NCBI GenBank assembly: GCA_965601925.1
Contig: OZ271854.1
Coordinates: 960,001-1,024,000 of the forward strand
Length of the DNA: 64,000 nucleotides
Direction of reading: 5' to 3'
DNA from: Alkalispirochaeta sp.
GTDB taxonomy: Bacteria > Spirochaetota > Spirochaetia > DSM-27196 > Alkalispirochaetaceae
The notes under the pieces were generated by a model. That model ran no database searches and was not told the origin of the DNA. It saw only the letters and a program-made list of their open reading frames with translations. A program made the position numbers and the translations under genes. Positions 19,195 to 29,087 of this stretch are shown here, piece by piece; position 1 is the first letter of the stretch, and each line of letters opens with the position of its first letter.

Positions 19195-19761
19195 ATGCTA
19201 TTAGGACAGGGAATCATGGCCGGGGCACATCGTACCATATCGTACCAACGGGCGACACGAGAGGCGGCGCAGCTATATGAGCGGTGTTACCAGAAGGGTA
19301 TGAGCCGACGATTCTTTCGCCGGCTCCTCGGGATGTCGTCGTCGCTTCTCGTACCGGAATGCAACCGCGGCGGGGCGGCCTCGGGTACCAGGACGGGCAC
19401 CGAAGTGGTTGGTGCGATACCCATCGATCGCATTCGCGGAAGCGAGGTTCCTTGCGGCGCGTTTGACGATCGCTTCCTCCCGGTAGCGCGAACGCACGAC
19501 CGCGATAGGTGGATAACGATCGCCGCAAACTTCCTCCTCGGGAATGCCGTGCCGATAGCGACACTGGTGGCACTCGGCGAGGAACTGTACGTCCGAAGCG
19601 GACACGAGGCGATATCGGTGGCCCGAGCGTTCGGCCAGACGGCGGTAGATGTTCGGATCGTTCATCTCCCGGACGATACGTCCCGACATACCGGGAACGT
19701 GCTGATGGGACGTGAGGAGACGACGGCGCCCGGACGCGCGGCCATCGCGATCCGCGCCTGA
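19195..19761 (+). CDS. Hypothetical protein with degenerate ParB/Srx-like domain
   Basis: IPIDRIRGSE...FDDRFLP...RW...LYVRSGHEAISVARAFG resembles the YFVxDGHHRVSVAR family; SD GGGGG. Confidence 0.6.
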   Translation: MLLGQGIMAGAHRTISYQRATREAAQLYERCYQKGMSRRFFRRLLGMSSSLLVPECNRGGAASGTRTGTEVVGAIPIDRIRGSEVPCGAFDDRFLPVARTHDRDRWITIAANFLLGNAVPIATLVALGEELYVRSGHEAISVARAFGQTAVDVRIVHLPDDTSRHTGNVLMGREETTAPGRAAIAIRA

Positions 19762-19918
19762 GAGGGGCACGAAAGCGAGGAGCGTCGCGACGCATCGCCC
19801 CAATATCTCATTGAGCAGCGCCGCCGGCGGAGTAGCGCGATCGCCGGCGGCGTTCTCTCCGGTACGGCCGACGACGCGCTCTCCATCCCCGGGAAGTAGT
19901 ACTTTACGGACAGGGCCT

Positions 19919-20764
19919 ATGAAAGAGCGAGTCCGAACCTTCGATCGGTATCGGGGAGCCGTCATGATACTCATGGCGCTCGACCACGCCGGCTACTTTC
20001 TGCAGAAACTTCACTTCAGAGGCTCTTGCAAAATTGCATTTTTCAAGAGCCTCAATATCGGGTCGAAATCATAATTATATACATGATATATAATTATGAT
20101 TTCTAAAGGTCCTGACAATTTCAAAAATCGACGATTTTTGAAATTGCCTGTTCAGTGAGTTTTGGGGTAGCCCACTGCCCGACTTCCCCGGCCGTGCGCA
20201 ATTCTGGACGCGCATCGTCACCCACCTATGCGCCCCCGCGTTCTTTCTCCTCATGGGAATCGGTGTCTCCCTCATGGTACACCGGAGAACCGCCGCAGGA
20301 TGGACGAGCAACGAACCGTGCGCGCGTTGGCGCCGACGGGCCTGGGTGTATTGGGACTGTTTGTTCTCCTGCGATGGGCCGAAGGATTCGGAAACAGTCA
20401 TCCCATTCCCCGTTCTCCCACCGTCGTAGGATTCCTCCATCTCACGAAGTATCCTCCGAGCATAACGTATCTTCTCGCGTCATTGGGCGTGGGGTTGGTT
20501 TGCATGGGGGTGTCGTCTTACCTAACGAGACCACTGGAACCGATAGGCCGCATCCTGGAGCGTTACGGCAGAGTGCCGCTTTTCTTTTACATGACTCACT
20601 TGTTCATGTTCGGCGTCATCGGCACGGCGTTTCCGCACGGGGCCTCCGTCGCCGCCACCTATCTGATATGGGCACTCGGGGTAATCGGTCTCTTTTTTGC
20701 ATGTCGCGCCTACGGAGCATTCCGCTCCGGCACGCCGACGGACTCGATCTGGCGTGCGCTATAG
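19919..20764 (+). pseudogene. DUF1624 / heparan-alpha-glucosaminide N-acetyltransferase-like membrane protein, disrupted
   Basis: DRYRGAVMILMALDH, [MITE], SEFWG...TRIVTHLCAPAFFLLMG, then frame change near 20300 to KYPPS and GRVPLFFY.HL motifs. Confidence 0.8.
20020..20150. mobile_element. 131-bp triple-hairpin MITE-like element, copy 2
   Basis: Flanked by TTCAG direct repeat (20015-20019, 20151-20155); removing element plus one TSD restores KLHFSEFWG reading frame. Confidence 0.88.
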
Positions 20765-20797
20765 GAGTTATCGCGAGACGCGATCGAAATACGGTCC

Positions 20798-21157
20798 CTA
20801 CTCCCCCACCGTCTGATAAAACTCGACGGTATTACCCTCGGGATCCATCACTTGAAAGAAAAGATCGTGACCGGACCTCGTTATCGGCACTACCACTTGG
20901 CAGCTTTTCTTGGTAAGCAGGCTCAACATCGCTTCCACATCTGCGACCTGCACATTGATGACGACGTTATCGCCGAACATCGGCTCCACACCGTCGGCCG
21001 CGGGATTGTAAAGCAGGAGGTCGAATCCGCCGAGGTGAAGGACACTCATTCGCTCGTCGAGCTCCGTCTCGGTAGGCTCAAGAAGCTCCGTATAGAAGTG
21101 CACCGCGCGTTTCATGTCCCGAGCGGTGAGGTATACTGCATTGAGTTTCGGCTTCAT
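20798..21157 (-). CDS. VOC/glyoxalase family protein
   Basis: DMKRAVHFYTELL, QVADVEA, MDPEGNTVEF. Confidence 0.8.
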   Translation of the reverse strand: MKPKLNAVYLTARDMKRAVHFYTELLEPTETELDERMSVLHLGGFDLLLYNPAADGVEPMFGDNVVINVQVADVEAMLSLLTKKSCQVVVPITRSGHDLFFQVMDPEGNTVEFYQTVGE

Positions 21158-21227
21158 GTGGCCGCGATCGTAGCACGCCGTAGGCGCTTTGCGCACCGAC
21201 CGCTTTTTCGATATCGTATGGCAATCG

Positions 21228-22220
21228 ATGGAGCGGCGGCCGCGTCGCTCCCGGGAGGGTAGTCTGGTTTTCCGCGGACGCGCACCGGTCGTCGTCTTCA
21301 CATTACTCCTTGTCGTGGCCTTGGCACAGTCGGCACGTACTATGATTTCGCTTTCCCGAGCCGTCTCCTCACGAGCCCTCGACGCGGCGCCTAGAGGCCG
21401 CCATATTGCGGTCTTCATGCCCGACGGGGCGTCGCTCTTTTTCGACCGTATTCGCGAGGGCGTCGAGGCGGCCGCCGTACGCTACGATGTCGCGGTCTCG
21501 TTTCATCCGATTTATCCCGCCTCCCCCGAGTTCTCCTTTGCCCGCCACTCCGGAGTGGACGGTATGATTATCTATCCCTCTCTGGGAGACACCGAGGCGC
21601 GCCGACGGCTGGAGGAACTCGAGAGGGCCGGTATCCCCATCGTGTTGATCGAACGGGGAGTGGCGGCCGATACGCCGTGGACCTTCGTCGGTACCAACAA
21701 CTTCGACATGGGCCGCCGGATCGGAGAGTTGGTCGACGATCTCTCGGCGGAGGCGACGCGTGTGGCGGTGGTGTACAGCGAAAAATCGCCGGCGGTCGCG
21801 GCGGAGCGGGAGCTTCTCGAGCTGGGAATCACCTCCGCGCTCGCCGACGGACTGGCGGCGCCCATCATACGAAAGCAGACCGGACTCAATCCTCTGGACG
21901 CCGAGGAGCTTACCTACCGAATCGTGCGCGATGAGCCGGAGGTGCGTGTACTGGTCTTCACCGATACCAACGACACGCTGGCCGCCCTTCAGGTGATCAT
22001 CGATCTCAATTTGGTGGGAAGCGTGCAGGTCGTCGGTTTCGGCGTCACCGACGCGATTCTCGACTATTTGGACCGCGGCGTGCTGGCGGCGACGATCGCG
22101 ATCAACCCTCAGCGTATCGGTGTGGAGGCGGTACGCGTGCTTGCGGAGCTCTTGGGCGAGGGCTACTCACCGGGGTACGTCGATACCGGAGTAGAGATTA
22201 TCCGGTCGGAACGATGGTAG
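21228..22220 (+). CDS. Periplasmic sugar-binding protein (PBP type I), probable sensor accessory
   Basis: N-terminal TM, FFDRIREGV, FVGTNNFDMG, VDTG; overlaps kinase start; start uncertain. Confidence 0.75.
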   Translation: MERRPRRSREGSLVFRGRAPVVVFTLLLVVALAQSARTMISLSRAVSSRALDAAPRGRHIAVFMPDGASLFFDRIREGVEAAAVRYDVAVSFHPIYPASPEFSFARHSGVDGMIIYPSLGDTEARRRLEELERAGIPIVLIERGVAADTPWTFVGTNNFDMGRRIGELVDDLSAEATRVAVVYSEKSPAVAAERELLELGITSALADGLAAPIIRKQTGLNPLDAEELTYRIVRDEPEVRVLVFTDTNDTLAALQVIIDLNLVGSVQVVGFGVTDAILDYLDRGVLAATIAINPQRIGVEAVRVLAELLGEGYSPGYVDTGVEIIRSERW

Positions 22221-23704
22221 GAATTAAAAACTCGCTCCGTACTCAGCTGATCTTCTCTTCGGTGGTCGGATTGGCGTTCGTCATTCTCTCAGTCGCCTAC
22301 ATTCTCTTTGCGACCATACGGCTCCAGCGAGTCGTCAACGATCAGTTCAGCACCGAACGCTTTCTGCAGGAACTCCAGCGGGAGGTGGTGGCGATTCGAG
22401 AGCCCTTGCTCGACTATCTGTCGAGCCGCTCGTCGGGGGCGCTGGCCGAGCTGTTGGTGGAAGAGCAGATTCTCCGTGGAATGGTTCCGGCCGAGCGACC
22501 GATCTCTACCGATCCGGTGACCCTGGCCGGCCGAGAGATATACTTCCTCCTCGACTCCTATCTCGACCTCCTGCAACGGGCGATCGACCTCAAGAGGGCC
22601 CGGGCCATCGAGGACTACATCGCTCTGTACGATGAGATGGAACGACTCAACCAACACATCGTCGAGCGGATCGACCGCGTGAGTCTCCTCGGCCTCAGAA
22701 CGGAGTTGGACGCCTACGAGGAGCTCATCGCGCGCTCGCGCCGAATGCTGTTTTGGAACCTGGTGGTCATCGTCGCCGCATTTCTGAGCTCCTCGGCGTG
22801 GATACTGTTCGCGATACGCCGCGTCACGGATCCGATGGATCACCTGGCACGAACGGCCTCGGAGCTCTCGGACGGCAACTTCGAAGTAGAAGATATCGAG
22901 GTAGACACGGTTCGCGAGATGGCGACGGTCGTGGCGGCGTTCAATCGCATGAAACACGATATCCGCCGCTATATCGCCGAGCTCAACCGAAGGAGCCGCC
23001 TCGACCAGGAATACATGGAGCAGAAGCTGCGTAATCTCAAGATGGAACAGATCCTGAAGCGGATGGAGCTGTACACCATGCAGGCGCAGATGAATCCGCA
23101 CTTCCTGTTTAATACCCTCAACACCGGCGTGCAGCTCGCGATCATGGAGCGAGCCGACAGGACCGCCGACTTCATGGAGCACCTCGCCCACTTTTTCCGC
23201 CACAACATCAGAGAACGCGATTTGATCGTGCCGCTGCGCCACGAGATCGAGGGCCTCTCCGCCTATCTGTACATCTTGCGCATCCGCTTTCCGAAGTCGC
23301 TGCAGTTTACGCTGGAAGTTCCGGAGGAGCTCCTCGATACGTGCCGCGTACCGGCGTTGATCCTGCAGCCGTTGGTAGAAAACTCGGTGATTCACGCTTT
23401 CGAGGGAGTGGAACGCTCGGGCGAAATCGTCATACGCGTCTGGAAGGCGAATGCCGTCATCCATCTATCGGTACGCGACAACGGCATAGGCATGGCGCCG
23501 ACGACCGCGAGCCGCCTCCTGCAACGGTCCCAACGCGATATCGAGCACGGCTCCAAAGTCATGGGGCTGGAGAACGTGATCCAACGACTCTACTTTTTCT
23601 TTCCATCGCTGGAAAACACCGTTACGATTAAGAGCGCACCCGACGCCGGCACCGAGATTCTGATTATGATCGATACGAGGGTAGAGGCGTGTATTCCGTC
23701 CTAA
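22214..23704 (+). CDS. YesM/LytS-type sensor histidine kinase with HAMP
   Basis: Two TMs, QAQMNPHFLFNTLN, LQPLVENSVIH, DNGIG. Confidence 0.92.
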   Translation: MVGIKNSLRTQLIFSSVVGLAFVILSVAYILFATIRLQRVVNDQFSTERFLQELQREVVAIREPLLDYLSSRSSGALAELLVEEQILRGMVPAERPISTDPVTLAGREIYFLLDSYLDLLQRAIDLKRARAIEDYIALYDEMERLNQHIVERIDRVSLLGLRTELDAYEELIARSRRMLFWNLVVIVAAFLSSSAWILFAIRRVTDPMDHLARTASELSDGNFEVEDIEVDTVREMATVVAAFNRMKHDIRRYIAELNRRSRLDQEYMEQKLRNLKMEQILKRMELYTMQAQMNPHFLFNTLNTGVQLAIMERADRTADFMEHLAHFFRHNIRERDLIVPLRHEIEGLSAYLYILRIRFPKSLQFTLEVPEELLDTCRVPALILQPLVENSVIHAFEGVERSGEIVIRVWKANAVIHLSVRDNGIGMAPTTASRLLQRSQRDIEHGSKVMGLENVIQRLYFFFPSLENTVTIKSAPDAGTEILIMIDTRVEACIPS

Positions 23705-25173
23705 TCGTCGACGACGAAGAACCGGTTCTCGAAAGCTACTCGTACATGGTCGCCTCCTCGGACGACGACTTGGTGGTGTGTGGAACCGCGCGCTCCGGGA
23801 ACGAGGCGGTCGCTACGGCGCACCGCGAGAGACCGGACATCGTGCTGATGGATATCGCGATGCCGGGCATCGACGGGCTGGATACGATCAAAGAGCTGCA
23901 ACGCGAGCTTCCCGAGTCGCTCTATATACTCTCTACCGCCTACGAACGCTTCGATTTGGCGCAGCGCGCCATTCCGTTGCGCGTCTTCTCCTATCTTGTG
24001 AAACCGGTGTCGCGCACGCGATTTCTCCAAACGTTGCGCAAAGCGCGCGAGCACTTGGACGAGCGCGAAACCTTAGTGACGATGCGTCTGGAAGAGGCGC
24101 AGTCCGGTGTAGAGGAGCGCCGTCGCGAGGAACGCCGGCTTCTGTTGCAAATTACGGCGCGCCCGATGGACGACGCTACATGGAGCCGCGGTCGCGCCCT
24201 GTTCCAACTCTCCTCGGATCACGGAATCATCGCGATCGTGGAGACACCGACGCGCGACCACTACGATGGGATCGTCCGGAGAATCGCGCACCGGTATCGG
24301 TGTCTCTCCACCGAGTATCTGGGCCGCCTACTCCTGTTGATTCCCGATCCGCTCCAGCTCGCGGGCTTTGAACACTATATCCAAGAGGCGGTGCGGGATG
24401 AGGTGGGGCCGGGCGCCACGATACGGGTCGAGCTGAGCGGCAGACGGCGCTATGATGAGTTTCACGCGGCCTTTGAGGAGATACTGAGCGCTTTCACGGG
24501 GACCGATGCTCGCCATCGTCGTCGCTGGGAGGAAGTGACCTCCATTCGTCGCCACGTGGCCCGTTCGCGATCGCTCGACGAGATTTTGACGCGGTGCCGT
24601 CGTTACTTCGATGACGAGTTTGCCGCGGAACCGTTCGAGGTGGCGTCGTCACGGATGGTAGCGTTTTTCACCCTGCTTCTGGACGACCTCGCCGGACGGG
24701 CCGGCACCGTCGACGTCGTATCGCGCATCGGCGACCCCGCGGCGGAGATCCCCACGATTCGATCCAGAGTCGAATGGGACGCGTGGGCGGAGCGAACGTT
24801 GAGCCGTATTGCGGCCCAACGCACCATGAGAATCGACGAGCACTGGCCCGTACCGCTCCGGTACGCCGTCGCCCACATCGACACACACTACGCCGAGCCG
24901 CTCCACCTCTCTTCGGTCGCCGAGACGTGCGACATATCGACGGGATATCTCAGCCGCCTCTTTGCCGAGCACCTCGGCACGAGCTTCAACGATTATCTCA
25001 ACAGCGTACGTATCGGCGCGGCGGAAGCGCTCCTCATCGTGGGAGAGCTGTCGATCAAGGAGATCGCCTTCGCGTGCGGATATCGCGATCCGAACTATTT
25101 CAGCCGTATCTTCAAAAAGGTCAATGGTGTATCTCCGACCTCGTTTCCCGCCGGGGAGGACCATGGCGCATAG
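23689..25173 (+). CDS. YesN-type response regulator (REC + AraC HTH)
   Basis: VLIVDDE, DIAMPGIDG, YLSRLF, GYRDPNYFSRIFKK. Confidence 0.92.
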   Translation: MYSVLIVDDEEPVLESYSYMVASSDDDLVVCGTARSGNEAVATAHRERPDIVLMDIAMPGIDGLDTIKELQRELPESLYILSTAYERFDLAQRAIPLRVFSYLVKPVSRTRFLQTLRKAREHLDERETLVTMRLEEAQSGVEERRREERRLLLQITARPMDDATWSRGRALFQLSSDHGIIAIVETPTRDHYDGIVRRIAHRYRCLSTEYLGRLLLLIPDPLQLAGFEHYIQEAVRDEVGPGATIRVELSGRRRYDEFHAAFEEILSAFTGTDARHRRRWEEVTSIRRHVARSRSLDEILTRCRRYFDDEFAAEPFEVASSRMVAFFTLLLDDLAGRAGTVDVVSRIGDPAAEIPTIRSRVEWDAWAERTLSRIAAQRTMRIDEHWPVPLRYAVAHIDTHYAEPLHLSSVAETCDISTGYLSRLFAEHLGTSFNDYLNSVRIGAAEALLIVGELSIKEIAFACGYRDPNYFSRIFKKVNGVSPTSFPAGEDHGA

Positions 25174-26233
25174 AGGGGTTCTCCGCGTCGCGGTGGCGAC
25201 GGCGGTTCTACTCTCGGTGGCCGGGTGCGCCCGCTTTCGGGCCGCCGAGAATGCCTCGGAGGACCGACCGGTGACGATCGGGTTCTCGGTAGCGACGGAT
25301 ACCTTCATCATCGAGCGCTGGAACAAAGATATCAAGGTGTTCAACTCAGCCGCCGGCGAGCTCGGCGCGGAGGTGATTTTGCAGATGTCCGCGGGAGGCA
25401 CACAGGCACAAATCGATCAGATCCGCTATCTTCTCGACCAACAGATCGACGTCCTGGTCATTCTGCCTCACGATACGGAGATGCTCGCCGGTGTGGTGCG
25501 AGCCGCCAACGATCAACGCATACCGGTGCTCGCCTACGATCGCCTGATTCAAGGCGTACCGGTCACGGCCTACGTGTCGTTCGACAACGAGGAGGTCGGC
25601 AGGCTCTTCGGTCGCGCCCTCACCGACGCGGTTCCGCGGGGTAACTATCTCATCGTCAACGGCTCGGTACGAGACAACAATAGCTATCTCGTCAACAGCG
25701 GACTCCACGAGGTACTCCGTCCGTACATCGATTCTCAGGAAATCACCGTCGTCGACGAGATCTGGCTCGAGGCGTGGAGCTCCGACGAGGCCACGTCACG
25801 TATCGCCGAAGTGTTGGAACGCACGACCGATATCGACGCCATATCGGCCGCCAACGATCAGATCGCGAATGCGGCGATTCAATTGCTGGCGGAACGCCGC
25901 CTGGCGGGCCACGTAGCGGTCGTAGGTCAGGACGCCGACCTCGTCTCGACGCAGCGAGTGGTGGAGGGGTTGCAGCTGATGACGGTGTATAAACCGATCC
26001 ATCTGCTGGCGAGCCGCGCGGCGGAAGTCGCCTACGGAATGGCGACCGGTGAGATTCCACCCCCCGATCGATACATGGAGAACGGGAGCGATACCCCCAT
26101 TCCCTTCTATATGGAAGAGCCGCTGGCCGTCTTTCGCGGAAACATGGACGAGACGATCATCCGGGACGGGTTTCATAGCGCCGAGGACGTCTATCGCACG
26201 ACCTCCGGGGAGCTTCAAACAGGACAAAATTGA
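25163..26233 (+). CDS. XylF-like sugar-binding lipoprotein
   Basis: Lipobox-like VAGC, ERWNKD, AYDRLI, VSFDN, GQDAD, MTVYKP; SD GGAGGA. Confidence 0.85.
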   Translation: MAHRGVLRVAVATAVLLSVAGCARFRAAENASEDRPVTIGFSVATDTFIIERWNKDIKVFNSAAGELGAEVILQMSAGGTQAQIDQIRYLLDQQIDVLVILPHDTEMLAGVVRAANDQRIPVLAYDRLIQGVPVTAYVSFDNEEVGRLFGRALTDAVPRGNYLIVNGSVRDNNSYLVNSGLHEVLRPYIDSQEITVVDEIWLEAWSSDEATSRIAEVLERTTDIDAISAANDQIANAAIQLLAERRLAGHVAVVGQDADLVSTQRVVEGLQLMTVYKPIHLLASRAAEVAYGMATGEIPPPDRYMENGSDTPIPFYMEEPLAVFRGNMDETIIRDGFHSAEDVYRTTSGELQTGQN

Positions 26234-26368
26234 TGTCACGCCAGTGCTATTCAACCGTGCGACGAGGCGGGCGAGTGCGGTTTGTACGACTCATGTCGCG
26301 ATATTCCTGTAGCGGGCGGCGCCGGGCGCACTCACAATGATGCATATCCATAGTACAAAGGAGTGTGT

Positions 26369-27466
26369 ATGAAGCGAATCGTTCTTTTGATTCTTGCTAC
26401 GGTCCTCACCGCAGGTGTGGTCTTTGCCGGTGGTAGCGGTGAGGGGGGCCTCGATATCGGAATCGCGATGCCCGAGACCCACGTAGAACGGTGGCAGCAA
26501 GACGGCGCGGCGCTACTCGAAGGCGCGCAGGCGGCGGGTTATAACGCTGAGGTTGCGTTCGGCGACGCCGATCAGAGCCGCCAAAACCAGCAGATCCAAG
26601 ATTTCATTACCAAGGGTGCGCGATTGCTCATCGTCGGCAACATCAACGAGGGCGTCAACTCGGTGGTGCGCGAGGCAGCCGAAGAGGGGATCATCGTGAT
26701 CGCCTACGACCGCCTCATCACCGGTGCGGATACCTACGACTACTACATCACCTTCGACAACTTCAATGTCGGCGAGATGCAGGGAGGCGCGATTGAGTTG
26801 GCGCTGGATCTCTCTAACGTCACCGCCGACGATCCGCGATACATCACCCTGTTTGCCGGCTCTCCCACGGATAACAACGCCAACTTCTTCTTCGACGGCG
26901 CGATGTCGGTACTCGCTCCCCACGTCGAACGGGGAGCGCTGGTCGTGGTCGGTCCCGCGCCGATGAGCTCCTCGGACTCGGCCTTTACCCGCATTGCGAC
27001 CGAGGGTTGGAGAGCGGAAGTTGCGAAAGCGCGTATGGAAAACCTCCTGAGCAACGACGCTCGCGACGTGGTGCTGGACGCGGTATTGGCTCCCAACGAC
27101 ACGCTGGCCCGGGCGATTATCGAGGCGTTGGCGGCGGATGCGAAGTACTCGACCGTCGATACATTGCCGGTCGTCACCGGTCAGGACGGCGAGATCGCAT
27201 CGGTCCAAGCGATTCGCGACGGACGTCAGTACATGACCGTCTTCAAAGACACGCGTAATCTCGCCGCCGGGGCGATCACGCTCGCCGACGCACTGCTCTC
27301 CGGAGACACGCCTCGCGTGCCCGGCGCCCGCGTCGACACCGAAACCTACGATACGGGTCTCAAAGTGGTGACCTCGTACCTTCTCGAGCCGATCAACGTG
27401 ACTCAGGATAACTGGGAAGAGATTATGATCGGCAGCGGTTATTACTCCGAGAGCGATCTCCAGTAG
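26369..27466 (+). CDS. chvE: ChvE/SbpA-type multiple sugar-binding protein
   Basis: IAMPETHVERW, AYDRLI, TFDNF, AGSPTDNNA, TGQDG, MTVFKDTR; SD AAGGAG. Confidence 0.8.
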   Translation: MKRIVLLILATVLTAGVVFAGGSGEGGLDIGIAMPETHVERWQQDGAALLEGAQAAGYNAEVAFGDADQSRQNQQIQDFITKGARLLIVGNINEGVNSVVREAAEEGIIVIAYDRLITGADTYDYYITFDNFNVGEMQGGAIELALDLSNVTADDPRYITLFAGSPTDNNANFFFDGAMSVLAPHVERGALVVVGPAPMSSSDSAFTRIATEGWRAEVAKARMENLLSNDARDVVLDAVLAPNDTLARAIIEALAADAKYSTVDTLPVVTGQDGEIASVQAIRDGRQYMTVFKDTRNLAAGAITLADALLSGDTPRVPGARVDTETYDTGLKVVTSYLLEPINVTQDNWEEIMIGSGYYSESDLQ

Positions 27467-27547
27467 GACGCCGCGTCCCAACGGTACGCCATCGGCCGCC
27501 TATCGTGCGGCTGATGGCGTCTTCGTCTTACGGTAGGGCTACATTGA

Positions 27548-29071
27548 ATGAGCAGTGAATACATTCTGGAAGTAAAAAACGTCACGAAGCACTTTCCCGG
27601 CGTGTGCGCCTTGGACAATGTGAGCTTCCGCATTGCACCGGGGGAGATTCACGGTATCTGCGGAGAAAACGGGGCCGGTAAATCGACGCTCATGGGCGTC
27701 ATCAGCGGGGTACACCCGGTCGGCAGCTACGACGGCACCGTCGTCGTCCATGGGAAAGAGACCCACTTCCGAAGCGTACGGGATAGTGAGAAGGTCGGCC
27801 TGACGATCATGCACCAGGAGTTGGCCCTCAGCCCGTACCTCTCAATTTACGAGAATATGTTTCTCGGCCACGCCGAGACGCGTTTCGGTATCATCGACTG
27901 GGACGACCTTTTGGTCCGATCGCGCCCCTTTCTGGAACGTGTCGGACTCAAAGACCGCCCCGAGACGATCGTCAGCAAAATGGGGGTGGGCAAGCAGCAA
28001 CTGGTAGAGATCGCCCGCGCCCTCTCGAAGAATACCGAGATACTCATTCTGGATGAGCCGACTGCATCGCTCAACGACGAGGAGAGCGAGAAGTTGCTTG
28101 ACCTGATATTGGACCTCAAGAAAGAGGGCCTTACATGTATCTTGATCTCGCACAAGCTGAACGAAGTCCTGAGAGTGGCCGACGCGATCACCGTGTTGCG
28201 CGACGGCGAATCGATCCGCACCTACGACAACTCCGCAGAGCACGTGACGCGGTCGATGTTGATCAAGGATATGGTCGGACGCGAGATGACGCATCTCTAC
28301 CCGGAGAAAGATCCCAACATCGGCGACGTGGTGATGGAGGTTCAAGACTGGACGGTCTACCACCCGGAGTATCACGACATGAAGGTGGTCGATTCCGCCT
28401 CGTTTACCGTCCGCAAGGGTGAGATCGTCGGATTCTGCGGGCCGATGGGCGCCGGACGCACGGAGCTGATGATGAGCCTTTTCGGCCGTTCCTACGGTTC
28501 CCGAGCTGAGGGGACGATGGTGCTCCACGGCGAGGAGGTGGAGCTCGCGACGCCGCGGGAGGCGATCGGCGCCGGCATCGGGTACGTGTCGGAGGATCGC
28601 AAGAGTCTCGGTCTCGTACTGATCCAGGACGTCAAAACCAATATTACCAACTCCAGCCTGGACAAATTGTCTCGCGCGGGCGTGGTCGACTCGTTCCGCG
28701 AGGTGGAGGCCGCCGAGGGTTATCGGCGCTCCCTCAACATCAAGACGCCGTCGATCACCCAAGTTGTGCGCAACTTGAGCGGCGGCAACCAACAGAAGGT
28801 GGTCCTCAGCCGCTGCCTCCTCGCCGGGCCCGATATTTTCATCGTCGACGAACCGACGCGAGGTATCGACGTCGGAGCCAAGTACGAGATTTACACGATC
28901 CTGAACGAGCTTGCGGCGGAGGGCAAGAGTATCATCATGGTTACCTCCGAGCTACCGGAGGCGATCGGTATGGCCGACCGGATCTACGTCATGAACGAGG
29001 GACGCATCAAAGGCTGCCTCACGCAAGACGAAGCAACGCAAGAAGATATTATGCACATGGCATTAAGCTGA
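27548..29071 (+). CDS. gguA: Monosaccharide ABC transporter ATP-binding protein (GguA/MmsA type)
   Basis: GENGAGKST, LDEPT, LSGGNQQK, DEPTRGIDVGAK. Confidence 0.85.
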   Translation: MSSEYILEVKNVTKHFPGVCALDNVSFRIAPGEIHGICGENGAGKSTLMGVISGVHPVGSYDGTVVVHGKETHFRSVRDSEKVGLTIMHQELALSPYLSIYENMFLGHAETRFGIIDWDDLLVRSRPFLERVGLKDRPETIVSKMGVGKQQLVEIARALSKNTEILILDEPTASLNDEESEKLLDLILDLKKEGLTCILISHKLNEVLRVADAITVLRDGESIRTYDNSAEHVTRSMLIKDMVGREMTHLYPEKDPNIGDVVMEVQDWTVYHPEYHDMKVVDSASFTVRKGEIVGFCGPMGAGRTELMMSLFGRSYGSRAEGTMVLHGEEVELATPREAIGAGIGYVSEDRKSLGLVLIQDVKTNITNSSLDKLSRAGVVDSFREVEAAEGYRRSLNIKTPSITQVVRNLSGGNQQKVVLSRCLLAGPDIFIVDEPTRGIDVGAKYEIYTILNELAAEGKSIIMVTSELPEAIGMADRIYVMNEGRIKGCLTQDEATQEDIMHMALS

Positions 29072-29087
29072 TACGCGGGAGTTTTAC

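Noticed and set aside
5844..20150. The two MITE copies as ends of a 14-kb composite transposon
   Set aside because: Each copy has its own different TSD, indicating independent insertions; the enclosed region includes housekeeping nfo.
20159..20170. GTTTTGGGGTAG next to MITE copy 2 is the reverse complement of 12 bp of the 33-bp islet repeat
   Set aside because: Lies in the coding motif EFWGS of the disrupted gene; only 12 bp; no equivalent beside copy 1; probably chance.
22289..23464. Long antisense ORFs (e.g. 22289..23464, 26513..27481, 27842..28792, 52284..53390)
   Set aside because: Shadow ORFs opposite well-supported genes, expected in high-GC DNA; no recognisable motifs.
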